From NCBI RefSeq assembly GCF_009914755.1, contig NC_060927.1: a stretch of DNA of 64,000 nt; one strand, given 5' to 3'. The stretch is from the human T2T-CHM13v2.0 reference genome, Homo sapiens. Of the stretch, positions 49,379 through 62,337 are shown in pieces. The notes beneath the pieces are model-generated. The model was not told the DNA's origin, did no database searches, and saw nothing but the letters and a program-made list of their open reading frames with translations. The translations under genes were made by a program, and so were the position numbers. The stretch's first letter is position 1, and the number at the start of each line of letters is the position of its first letter.

Positions 49379-51813
49379 AAACAATTGTTTGTAAATTGTT
49401 AGCTTCTATAGAAAATATCCAAGAATTTCAGTAGAGGAGTGTTCAGGAGCCTGTGAGTTATCCCACATTGAAACTAGGAGACACACTGCTCTTCATTTTC
49501 TCCAACAAATACACCTCACTTTCTCTTGTATGATTTTTCACAGAATTCCTGCCCTATTAGTAACATAGCTGTGATTTTATTTAATCCAAATACTGATAAG
49601 CAATTGTGAAAAATGTGAATATCTGAGAACCTGTACTTTGCAAAATACATTTTTACTTAAATATGATTCTCTTTTAGAAAATGCTGTTGCAAAGTGGTGC
49701 TTATTTGGGCTCTGTATTTTTTTGGGGGGAGCGTCCCGATTTATAAGGGCAATAACAACTCAAAAAATGGTATGAGTAAAAATGGCTGTTCTCCTGAGCT
49801 TGGTAGAAGATTGGAGAAAGCATAAATAGCAATCTACTCCCCTGATTTATTCTGAGTACTCACACAACTGAGGCCCAAATAAATTATAAAGTGTTTGGCT
49901 CCAGTGGTGTTATTAAATTCCTTGTAGGCTGGAAGCATTGATCATTTGATACCCTTAGGTTTGCGTTTCATTCAAGTGGTGGAAAGATATATACTAATAC
50001 TATATATCATTTCAACTTCATGCATGAGACTTGAAGCAAGAAACTTCTGTTATAGCTAGCAGGAATAGTCTGTGAGGTGAATTGGATGTACACTGCACAT
50101 CAAAGTATTGATAAATTGACCTACATTTTTAAAGCCGAAATGTAAACCTCATTGTGCATCAGGAGGTCGACACTGTCAGTTACCTAGATATTTCTCAGTG
50201 TTAAGTAGTTATATTATGAAAGATGAATGATTCTGTACAAACACTGTATAAATGTGACTGCATTTGGACTTTCTAAAAGAATATAAGCAATGTATGCTTG
50301 GAAATCCTCTACCTATTTGGAAATAGAACACACTTTGCAGTTGATGGTAGAAATTATAGATTTCTTCTAGAGAAACATAGAAGTTACAGGGATTTGGCTG
50401 ATGACAAAGACATATTCCCACAGCACCACTAAATGCTTTCTAAATACTTGTTATACTTAAATACAGTATTCCATATAATATGGGAGAAACAGTTTGATGC
50501 CATTTTAGTTACATTGTGTATTTAGCATGAACTCCAAAAGGAAACTCAGCTAAACTCCATAATCTCTCCACTTACTGGTTCAAGAGTCAGAGTTGAGGAG
50601 ACTCATGTGGAATTCTTGACCTCATTTACATTCTTGTGTTTCATAACTTCTGGCCCTCGGTTTCTTATTTGCATAGACATTTAGTGTCTAGTAATCAACG
50701 TGTTGTAGATTCTATAATGACCGTATAATTAGCATCTTCTGTGCATTATTTCTGATCCCCTACAGAGCTCACTTTGAACATGAGACATAAGACTCTGGGA
50801 GCACTGTAGGGTAAATTTTGAAACAGCTATTCATTCTGGCTCCTATATTTATTGTTTCTGTTTTAAACTTAATTTCCTATTAGTTGTTAAAGTGTTCACT
50901 TATTTTTCAAAGCTCTTTGAAATTACAAAAATGGGTAGCTATTCTCTAAATCTTGCCTGATTTTTTTTCCCTAAATGGAAAGTAGTATAGATTTGGAATC
51001 CACTAAATAATACTTAATTTATTCCTTTATCTGGGTGGAGAATTAAATGTCACAATTAGTCATTATTTATATTTATTGTATTCTAGAGCAATGTTTTCTT
51101 AAATACCTCAGTTACCTTCAGATAAAGTCCTTTCTAAGAGATACACATTAACTCCTTCAAAATCAGGGATATCATTTCATAGCTGCCTTAAGGGCACCTC
51201 TGAAACATCTAATGTGTTTGCAAAGATTGATTTAGATGAAGCATGAATACTCCCATAAAATACTAATATTGACTAATTATTCCTTGCTTAGAAATCATAC
51301 ATTTACCATTTTATACCCTTGCTCCCTTCACTGCTAGAGGTATTGCCATAGATGGTAGAATAAGTTAAATCAGAATGTGTTTCCACTTTCAAATTTCATC
51401 ATCTATCATATAAAGTACTTGTTTTTTGTCATATTTTGCTATGAAATTATTAATGCTGGTGGGCATGAATAAAATATGTCATTTGTATCTGAACTAGTAA
51501 TATGAATCTTAGAGAAATGATGAGTTGCTGAAAAGATAATTGGAACGAGTGGAATAACTTAATTTATCATATTATGAAATTTATTTCTGGGCTTTTAATC
51601 TTTATTCGTATACGTTGGCTCCAGATATAATGACATATCCATCCCTACCATTACAAATTATTACTTCTTTCAAGAGAATATATTTTCATGTGACTTTTGT
51701 TTTATAACTAAAGGGAAAATGAAAATACGTATATATAAAACATCAGTTCAGAAACATTCCCCATGCTATATAATTAATTCTAAGTGATATATGCACAGAA
51801 AACGGAGACCATA

Positions 51814-52312
51814 TGTGGTAGAGAGGAATCTGACGAAGTCCCCCAAATACTCCTGTTTTCTGGTTATTCAAACAAACACTAATCTAGATGTCTGTGTAAA
51901 GAAATATTACAGATGGAATTAGAATCACTGATCGGCTGACTTTAACTTAGGGGAATTATTTAGCATTATCCATGTGAGTCCAGTGTAATCACATGGGTCC
52001 TTAAACGCAGAAACCAACGCAGAATATTTAGTCAGTAGAGATGCATTGGAGATACGAGGCAAAAAGAGAAAAGTCAGAGGATTCAAAGTCCCATTATTTC
52101 TGGCTTTGAGGGTGATGGGAATTAGCCTAGATTTATCGCCTCTCAGAGCCAGTAGTGAAATGAAGGCCTTAATCCTATGACTGTATAGCACTTATGGAAC
52201 CAACCACACCACACTGTACCTAGACTTGGGACCCTTGTGAAATTATACATTTGTGTGGTTTTGAGCTGCTAACTTTGTGGTAATTTGTTACCATAACAAA
52301 GAGAAAATAATA
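51814..52312 (+). mobile_element. MLT1 (MLT1D/E-like) LTR
   Basis: 'ggtgagtccagtgtaatcacatgggtcctt'-like motif and the end 'tttgtggtaatttgttaccataacaaagagaaaataata'. Confidence 0.7.
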
Positions 52313-52772
52313 TTCCATATTTACTTGCCATAACCAATGCTTAAGCAGGCAAACCTTACTTTTTAAACCATGCTTTAGAGAAGTTATGCCAGTTTGCCTC
52401 ATTAACAGCCTCCTTTTTAGTAACATTCCGGATAATGAGTGGGCTCATGGAAATGATAAGAATTTCAAGGGGACCCCAAGTGGTCATATTTATTTTGCTA
52501 TTGAGTTCAAGTATTTTCAATATTGTTAACACAAATGCTGCATCCAGATTGGACTTTTCATAATTCACACCTCACAATGTCACTTCCCCATCATATCTTT
52601 TGCTTAAACGCTTTCAACGACTTTTGACCTAAGGAAAATTGGGCATTTTTAAAAAGTCCATGCCTGATTTCACCTTTATCTGTGTCTCCAGTGCCGTACT
52701 TCATTCCTCTATGATTCCTTGCTTGGAATATTGTCTTTATATCTTCACCACTTTACCCACTTGATACCTAGA

Positions 52773-52965
52773 AGCACTGTGGTATAATGGTTAATAGGGT
52801 GGACTCTGGGGTTATTCTGTCCTAATTTCAAATCCTGGCCTTACCACTTCCTTGCTCTACAACATTAGGCATGATACTTTACTTCTCTGTGCCTCAATTT
52901 ATTTATCAATAAAACGGGAAAAATAATAATACCTACTTTAGCAAGTTGTCATACGCAGAATTTAC
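52773..52965 (+). mobile_element. MIR
   Basis: 'ttcaaatcctggccttaccacttcc..acttctctgtgcctcaattt..aaaacgggaaaaataataatacctac'. Confidence 0.75.
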
Positions 52966-53965
52966 TCATTTGTGTCTCCTCCATTTTTTGTGTACTTTCA
53001 TTTTTTTCTCTTACACATTTAATGAATATTTATTTCTATAAATAAGTGTCTATGATCCTAGACATAATCAGGAGATGCAGGTATAAATTTGATATTTTTC
53101 TCCTCATAGGACCAAGTAACTATTCCCATAGCTGCAAACATAGATTACTTATAACTGTTTTTTTCATTCACTGAAAAAACATTTATTATGTACCTACTGA
53201 ATTTCAGAAACTAAGGATACATATATGAATAAAATATAGTTACTTATCTATTCTATTGTTAACTATATGTTTGATGGAATATAGCAAAAAATGTAGTAAA
53301 TCTGGTCAAATTGTCATTTATTGATAAACTAGAAATATTTCAGCCAGTAGAGTTAGGTGGATATAACTAGAATTTAAGCAAACTTTTGCACTGGAAGAAT
53401 CTTTTATTTTTACAAACTTGTTCTATTGAGTGTTTGTAATATGTGAAGCACATTATAGAATTATAAGAAAAAATGCATGTGAAGCACCTAGGATAATGCC
53501 TGGCATATAATGAGTGTTTATTTTAAAAAATATATATTGTTTGAGCCCCTACAAAGTGCTAATCATTTTCTAAGAAACAAGGACATATCAGGAATGTGAT
53601 AAGATTCTGTTCCAATGGAAGAAAAACTTGTTGAGCAAATAAAATGTGCATAGCTTAATAGCAACCAGCATGGTTTAAAACACATGGATAGCCTGAGCTA
53701 CTTTTGATATGGCATCAGGGATGATTTGGGAGAGGTGACAATTGATCTATCTCCTGGGGCCCAGAGATTGAAAAAAAACAAAAACAAAAAACAATTGCTT
53801 GCAACTTAATCCTTAGTGTCGTGCCCCTTTTTGTTCAAAAAAACCCCTTTCCCTTTTGTAATTCATTGTAGGTTTTTCTTCTCAATTAAAGTTATGTCAG
53901 AAAACTAGGCTTAATAATTTAGCTTAGTATTCCATATGCCAAACTGATTAGTTCATATTATATAT

Positions 53966-54416
53966 TGTCATGGTTAATACTGAGTGTCAACTTGATTGGA
54001 TTGAAGGATACAAAGTATTGATTTGGGTGTGTCTGTGAAGGTGTAGCCAAAGGAGATTAACATTTGAGTCACTGGGTCGGGAAAGGCAGACCCACCCTTA
54101 ATCTGGTGGGCACCATCTCATCAGCTGCCAGCGCAGCTAGAACATAAAGCAGGCAGAAAAACATGAAAAGGCGAGACCGGCCTAGCCTGTCAGCCTACAT
54201 CTTTCTCCTGTGCTGGATGCTTCCTGCCCTCAAACATCGGACTCCAAGGTCCTTAGTTTTGAGACTTGGACTGGCTCTCCTTGCTCCTCAAGCTTGCAGA
54301 CAGTCTATTGTGGGACCTTGTGATTGTGTAAGTTAATACTTAATAAACTCCCATATATAGATATAGATATATATCTCCTGTTAGTTCTGTCCCTCTAGGG
54401 AACCCTGACTAATGCA
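53966..54416 (+). mobile_element. MLT2A (HERV-L) solo LTR
   Basis: tgtcatggttaatactgagtgtcaacttgattggattgaagg ... gaaccctgactaatgca; TSD TATAT at 53961-53965 and 54417-54421. Confidence 0.93.
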
Positions 54417-54465
54417 TATATGTTTATGTTATTTGTTCTCATGTCCACCAAAAAGGTCAATTAAA

Positions 54466-54572
54466 AAAACCTTCCCTTAGCTGTGGTAATACCACACACA
54501 CACGCACACACACACACACAAAACCTTCCCTTAGCTGTGGTAATATCACACACACATGCACACACACACACA
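54466..54572. repeat. Tandem duplication of about 54 bp including a CA microsatellite
   Basis: aaaaccttcccttagctgtggtaata + (CA)n occurs twice. Confidence 0.88.
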
Positions 54573-55699
54573 AGGCATGCACAAGCGTGCACGTGAACAC
54601 ACTTAATATGTACTTTTTAAATCCTCTTTTACATTAATGGCCTATTTATTTTAAAACTTGAGCTAATTTTCAGAAAATCAAATTTTGCAAGTGTTGCTTT
54701 GTGTGTTTAATTATATCAATTAATTACTGTATTTGCAAGGTTTAACAGCCCAAAAGCTATCAAAGGAAGAATCATTTTAAGAGCTTCAAGTTGCTGACAC
54801 TTCTAAGGCAAAACTGGAAAAGACACAAGCTGAAGAATGATTGATTTCTTAGGGATATCTTTCTGTCATAAACCCAAGATATTTGAGAAAGGCATGCTAG
54901 ATTTTATTCACTGCATAGTGCACTGCCAATATCAACATTTTAAAAGCTTGAAGATATGAAAAGTAGAATTGTGTATCAACAGTAAAACTTTACAAACATC
55001 CTACAACTTATATTTTAAATACAATAACTTTTAAAGGTCCTAGCGGTCAGTGGGAATTGAGAGTTATTTTATTCGGTGGTTCAGACCCTGTGTTTATGCA
55101 GAAACGATCTTCTAGTAATTTTAACTGTAGTGAGCTTTCTAATGAAGGCTGTGCAAATATTAAACAGCTACTACAATTATGCTTCGGTTTTCTTTTCAAT
55201 ATTGAATGTTTACATTCTTAAAGCATCTCTGATCGATAGCTTTTATTGACTGTGTTTTCTCCTTCCTCAGCTATTTCTTTACTTGTTTTGCTTTATTCAT
55301 TTCTTCATATGGTATGTTATTTATTTATTTCATGTTGATGTGGGAAAAAAGTTGCCCTCTTTTTATTAACAGATTGAATTATCAGCAGGCACTGAGGCTT
55401 AGTGCCAAGCAAGAAAGACACAGACAAGCTTATTTTTTCTGCTACCACTTTGAACCTTGAATACAGACCTCTGGGTAATGTCACACTGGATACTTGCTGA
55501 ATATTTGCTGAGGACTTCTTTTATGTTTGTCTCAGCATTGGTTTAAAACAAGATCAGGGCTAAGAAGAGCCAAGCTGCTCTTGCAAAGGTCTTCCTTCAT
55601 TTGCCTTTTCTCTCCCAGACTTTCCAGCAACTCCTGCTCTCCTGCATATTGATCTGTGACTTGACTCTGGACTTCATGTGTTCATGTGTTTATATGTTA

Positions 55700-56610
55700 A
55701 CTACTTGGTGATTTCAATATTTTTTACATGATGCATGAACTCAGCATGACCAATTCAAACCTATAATCTCTCGACACAAGTCTTCAAACCTGGTCTACTT
55801 CAGTGTAATCTTATCAATGAATGGAGAAACATGACTGTCCAGCTCTTACACAAGCCAGAAACCCAGGAGTCACTTTTTGAACAACTCCCTCCCTCTCTCA
55901 TTGTTCGTATTCATTCCTAAATATTCTATGATTACCCACTTCTCCCCACCTCCATGGCCATCAGCACTACTCAAAACTAAATAGTCACTATCTGTTTTCT
56001 GGAGACGGGAGTGTCCTAACTGGTTAATCCTAGAAACTTTTGTGTCTCTTTACATGGTTTTCACACTGGATTTATCTAAATAGATATGAAATGATATCAT
56101 GTGCTCCATCTCATATATGAAACACTTCAATGGATTCTCATTACAATCAATGTGACTTATAAACTCTACAATGTCTTAGCTCCTTTTTACAGATTCTGCC
56201 CAAACCACATTGGACCATGTCAATTTTATTATAAGACTTCACCATATGCTATTTCTTTTACCTAGAACACCATCGTTCATTCATACCCTCAAACACACGA
56301 GCACACACACACACAATCATCTTTCGCAAAGTTAATTTTTTTCTTATTCATTCATTTGTTTCAGAATCCCATTCAATGTGTTCTTCCGTGGGAAACCCTT
56401 TTTGACCTCTCTAACTAGACCAATTTCTTTTCTTCAAAGCACTTATCACAGTTGTAACTTCACATTTATTTCTAGAATTTATTAGATTCTGAGCTGAAAT
56501 TTCCATGAAGGGAGGTACCATATTTGCTTTTGCTCAATATCTGATCCATGCCATCCAGTTTATCATCTGACACATAATATGTATTTGATAAATGTTTTTG
56601 GAGTGAACTG
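55700..56610. mobile_element. L2 fragment
   Basis: 'caagccagaaacccaggagtcacttttga', 'ttccatgaagggaggtacc', 'tttgataaatgtttttggagtgaa'. Confidence 0.6.
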
Positions 56611-58679
56611 CCTTTAGTTCATGTGAAAGAAATGTAATTCATTTTTGGCCTAATAGTTCTTCAGGCAATCCCGAGAAGCATCATACTTCCCACTCTGACT
56701 TGGACTTTCTCACTTCAGAAATAAAATGACCTGAATTTATTTAACCATTTTCATGTTAAATATTTAGTGACCCTTTGTCATCCTGATTGTCTTGCCCTGC
56801 ACATGTTTTTCATATTCTATATAAAATATAGAAAACTCTGAAAATTGGGTGCCTAGAAATGAACCCAATTCTCTAAGTAACAAGCCTTTCTTTTTTTACC
56901 CTCCATACATCACTGAAGTCCATGTTCATTCAATTTTGTAGATGGTAGATTAGCTAATAAAATAGCCATAAACATTTCTATTATAAGGCTAGGCACCCTA
57001 ATCTGTTTTATCAGGGAATTTATTTACCTTTTTCTGACATAACTCCCAGTTTGTTTTAGTTTACACAGTAGTTCTGTCTTACCCACTTGAGTCAATTATG
57101 ACTAAACTTAGAATCATGAACCCCACCACAGAATATCTCATTACTGGGTTCTTTTATTTTGATTTTTTTCTTGTTCTTGAGATGAGGAAAGGAAGTTAAA
57201 AGAAACCAACATTATTTCTCTAAAACTTCCACAAAGATCAAAGTTGAAACTGGAACATAGCTTTCCTGATTTATAGACCAGAATTCTGAAAATTACACCA
57301 AAGGTGGCTAATAATTAGAATAAATCATATCTGTAAGAGGCTTTAAAAAATAAGTATTCTGTTTTTCACATTATTTTTTCCTATTTTATGCCCATTATCC
57401 AAGATGTTGTTTCACCTTATCTGAGTTAGAAACTAGCAATCAGTAGCAAAAAAAAAAAGAAAAAAAAATCCTAAACTAACTTTTTAAACCTTACAATGTA
57501 TAGACTTGTTGTACTATGCAACTTATATCATGTTAAGATATTAAATGAACAATAATAAAATATAAGAGTTGAAAGTCAATTTACTCAATCATTACATAAA
57601 AAATGAAATACTTCTAAATTTTTAAAACCCTTAGATTTTATGTAGCTATGAACATTTAGAAAAACTATGCTATGCTTTTAACTGGGATCCCTCTATATTG
57701 GTACCCCTTTCAAATTCCTTTTTTTTTTTAATAGAAGGACTCAAACCACCCCTTTCTATTTCTAAGCCTCCCAGCAGCAATTGTGAGAATGTATGCCACA
57801 CCACCCATATGTTCGTCTCCAGATGGCTAGCCTGCTTCTCTCAGCTCCCCCACCTGCCTGGGCCAAAGGCATGCTGTGCCCAGAACCCTGTGTATAACAT
57901 GAAAGATGCTGATGCCTGCTGTCATCCATACCCTTGCATGTCCACAGTTTAATCCGAGCACAAGCAAGGAAAGAAAGAGAGGCAAAGCTGGAAGGAAGCA
58001 GAATTAGAGTTAAAGGAGAGGGAGGATGGAGGAAGAAAAGAGGAGGGAAAAAAGAGAGTAAGAAAGGATGCAAGGAGGAAAAGGTTACAGTGTGATGAGA
58101 AAAGTATAGTTATTTTATGAGAGTCAATCATTATTTTGGTAAGATTAAGAAAATTGATATTGCACACTCAAAAATCAAATAAATAGACTTAAATTTAGTC
58201 ACATGAAGACAAGCACAAATGGTTTCTTTGTGTAACATTAGAATTGATGCTGTGTTGTACTGGCTCTGAAAGTGGATGGTAAGCTGCAAGTGGTTGTTCG
58301 TCTGCTATTCTCTATGAAAGACACAGGTACCATCCTATGGATTTGAGAGAAGTGTTTCACATCTAATGTTACTGAGCAATAACACCCAAGATTAAAAACA
58401 TAACAGAAAACACATACATGTTGCTGATGCATATGGGCATCACGTGTGTGAGTTGCAACTCAAGCAGAAACCCTCAGATAAAGGAGGGTGGTCAGAAAAG
58501 TTATAAAGGAGATTTTCCTTCTTTCTAATGTTTCTTCCCTGCCCTTAGCCCAGTGTATCTTCAAGTATGACCCTGAGGTAACCCACTTTAGAGTCACCTT
58601 GAGTAGTCAAGGAGACCCATAGCATAAATAATTAATCAGCCAACAAGGATCTATTGAGTGATATCTCAATACTAAGCAG

Positions 58680-60140
58680 GTAATTTGTTCATTCAACAAT
58701 ATTTATTGAGAATCAATTATGGGTCACATACTAAGTTCAGCACTGGGATATATTATTTTGAAAAAACATAGTTCTGGCTCTTTTATTCAACTAATATTCT
58801 TTGAAAACCTACTGTAATCTAAGCACTGTTTTAAGCTTTAGGAATAAAGCATTGCAAAGAAATAAAAATAAAAATCATTCCTTATGATGTGGAGGTTCTT
58901 GTTATTGAAAACCATAATAAATAAATAAATGAGTCATTTGTATGAATACATTATGCAAAAAGACAAAATGTGCTGGAGAGAAAATAGAGCAGAGAAGGGA
59001 GTATCAGGAGCAAGAGGTATGCAATGTTAAATAGAGTGGCTAATAAAGCCTTTTCTGAGATGCTTAAACTTGAGGAAAAACTTGAAGATGGTGAGGGAGT
59101 GAGCCATGTAGCTATCTGGCAGATACCTGGAAGAAATAGCCAGTGAGAAAGGCTCTGGTTCAGGATGGTGTCTGTGACTGAAGAGTGAGTGGAACAAGAG
59201 AGAGAGTGGTAGCAGATGAGACCAGAGAGTGGCAGGATACCTTTACAATGGCCTGCAAGACACCACAAAATCTGGTATCTTGTAGGCCATTATAAAGTCT
59301 TTGTCATAACTTGTCTAAATCAATTTGTATTGAGGGATCCACCCCCATGACACAAACACCTCCCATCAAGCCTCACCTCCAACCTTGGGAATCAAATTTC
59401 AACATGAGGTTTGGAGGAGACAAATATCTAAGCCATTGCATAAGCCCTCCCCGAATCCCTCCCTTCTTTAGAGTGAAAGCCAAATTCTGCTATATAGAAA
59501 AAGCCTGAACAGGACTAAATTGGAAGAAGGGAAAGCAGGTGGGAGGCAATTGCAGTAATCCAGTGAGAGAGGATGAAAGTGATGGAAGTGACAGAGTTGA
59601 AAAGATGTAGGTACATTCTAGATATATTTTGACGACTGGATTTATAGAATTTCCTGATAAATCAGTCTTAGAATGAGAGAGCAAGAGATAAGTCAAGTTC
59701 GACTCAAATCTATTTGGCCAGAGTAGCTGGAAGGATGGAACTGCCATTAATTGACATGGAAGTGTGGATGGAGAAGGATTTCACGGAGGAATGTTAATTA
59801 TTGATTCTGTTTCAACAGGTTGATTTTGAGATCCTAGTGGAGATTTTCATTAGTCTAGAGTTGAGAGGAATAGTCTGAGGTAGAGTTGCCATAGGTGATA
59901 TTTTAAAAAATTAGATTGGCAAAGATCCCAAAGGTACTTAGCGTCATATCAAGAAATGAGGAATTACAAAGAATGTGCAATAGGGTACTCCATATTAGAA
60001 GGTCAAGAAGCAGAGATTATTCCACCATAACAGACTGAGAAAGATTAGACATTCATCGAAGAATAAAAAATATATGGTGTCCTGGATGACAAGTTAAAAA
60101 ATTATTTCAGAGTTGAGGACATGAAAAACAAGGTCAGAGG
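58680..60140. mobile_element. L2 fragments (opposite orientation) with a small MaLR piece near 59330-59440
   Basis: 'ttcattcaacaatatttattgag', 'ggagtgagccatgtagctatctgg', 'ggaggcaattgcagtaatccagtgagag'. Confidence 0.6.
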
Positions 60141-60702
60141 CTAGAGAAGTAAGAATGCAATTATTCGATCATTAATAGAAGAAACAAAAGGTTAATAAAA
60201 TAATAGGTAAGTCAGATACTGTTAATAATACGAATTAATATAAAATATAAAACTAAATGCTACAAAAAGTACATCATTTTATAATAATAAATAACAACAA
60301 ATATAAGGATAGTGGCGGAAAACATGGGATGAGGAAATGCTTGTTTAAAGAAGTAATCTTGAGATTAAAGATAAAAGATATGTACAACTCACTGAAAGTG
60401 AAACTGTGAAGGTTTTGGAGTGTTACAGCCAGATCAGATGACATTTGCAATGGCCTTTTTTGGAAGAAAACATAGTGTATTCAAGGAAAAGGAAAAGGCT
60501 AGTTTAGTTTTAGCATTAAAAAAATGAATGTACCAACTTAAATAAGGAATTATGTATGTTTGGAAAGAAAAGTCTTGAAAATCATGGGCAACATAAACCA
60601 AGATGAGAATTAAATGACATTATGTTAGTTAGGATGTTTTGGGCAACAAAAAAGAAAATATCGGCATAAAAATTACTTACAAAATAATAGTTTATTCATA
60701 AG

Positions 60703-60881
60703 TCTCAAAAGAGACATATGGAACCCCACAATTCTATATCTCAAAAGAGACATATGGAACCCTACAATTCTATATCTCAAAAGAGACATATGGAACCCCA
60801 CAATTCTATATCTCAAAAGCGACATATGGAACCCCACAATTCTATATCTCAAAAGAGACATATGGAACCCCACAATTCTAT
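60703..60881. repeat. 36-bp tandem repeat, 5 copies
   Basis: tctcaaaagagacatatggaaccccacaattctata at 60703, 60739, 60775, 60811 and 60847. Confidence 0.95.
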
Positions 60882-61420
60882 TTCTGGACATCTATCTAAA
60901 AGGACTGAAGGGTGTGCCTTGAGGAGATATCTGTACAACCATGTTTATAGCAACATGGTTATTACAATAACATAAAGGTGGAAGCAACCCATGTGTCCAT
61001 CAATGGATACATGAATAAACAAAACATAATATATATAAACATGGAATGTTTGTTATTCAGCCTTAAAAAGGAAGGAATTTCTGACACATGTTAAAACACG
61101 GATGAACCTTGAGGATATTAAACTTAGTGAAAAAGCCAGTCATAGAAAACAAATACCATATTATTCCACTTATGAGAGAGAGTAGTCAAATTTATGGAAA
61201 CAGGAAGTAGAATGGTTGCTCCCAGGGGCTTAAGTTAGAGAGAAACAGTGAGTTACTACTTAATGGGTTCAGAGCTTCAGTTTCGCAAGATGAAAATTGT
61301 TCTAGAGGTAGATGGGTGTAGTGTAGTGTACATATGAGTGTACTTAATGCCTCCAAACTCTACATTTAAAATAGGCTGGTAAATGTTATGTTACATGTAT
61401 TTCATCAAAATTACTACTAA
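60860..61420 (+). mobile_element. L1MB-like 3' fragment
   Basis: 'ggtggaagcaacccatgtgtccatcaatggat', 'agagcttcagtttcgcaagatgaaaattgttctagagg'. Confidence 0.8.
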
Positions 61421-62337
61421 TAATAATGAAAGGGGTCACTGGACCCAATGAAAAAGAAGAAAGAAGAGGAGGAAGAGGTGAAGGAGGGCAGAGAGATGTA
61501 ACACCAGGGATGATTTTAGTAAATTCATGATACCTGGGCTCCAGGTAACTTCTGCATGACTCTTTTAGTCTTCCCTTCGTGGTCACAAGATAGCTATTGA
61601 AACTGAGCATCAAGTTTTTCCACAAAAATGTCTAAGGCAGGAAAGAAGAATCAGGGACTTTTTTCTCATACAACCCTTTCTTTCTACCAATTAATAGAAT
61701 ATGTTTCTCAGAGGCCTTCAACCAAGATCACTTTAGTGTAATTGGCCAGAACCATAATAAAATTGCCATACTTGTCTGCAAGAAAAATTGTGAAAGAAGG
61801 TTTCTAATGATTTCAGATTCACTTTCGAGGGCAAAAGTCAGTGGTGTGCTGATAGATATTTAACAAATCACTATCTGGGACGGGAGAGAATGTGTGTACA
61901 TATATAAGTGTATTATACATTTTATTGATATAAAAGATTTGTGGGACACTATAAATAATAATAGTAATATATAAAGTATTCTTTATTGTCAATTTCGTAT
62001 AGCCAAATGATCTACACAGTGTGCGTGCTTCCATTGATTTTTTTTCCATGCTTTTTTATCCATAGCCAAAATATAGTTGCAATTCACAAGTGTAGTTCCA
62101 ACAAGAATGGTGATAGATATTTTCCTCGTAGTTAATGAGTGATACGCAGTGAACCAATGAACACATATATAAAAACTTAGTGTGAGTAAGCTTTTTCCCA
62201 AATCTTCTGAATACCAGAATATTTCCTCAATTTTTTTGCACTATTTACAATGTAACAGCTATTGATATGATATACTTTTAACTTTAATCTCTATTACTAA
62301 TGTTTTCTCCAACACGCTTAAGTCTAAACAAGCGACA

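Noticed and set aside
60673-60975. Repetitive ORFs on both strands
   Set aside because: The 36-bp unit is a multiple of 3 and stop-free in those frames; minisatellite artefact.
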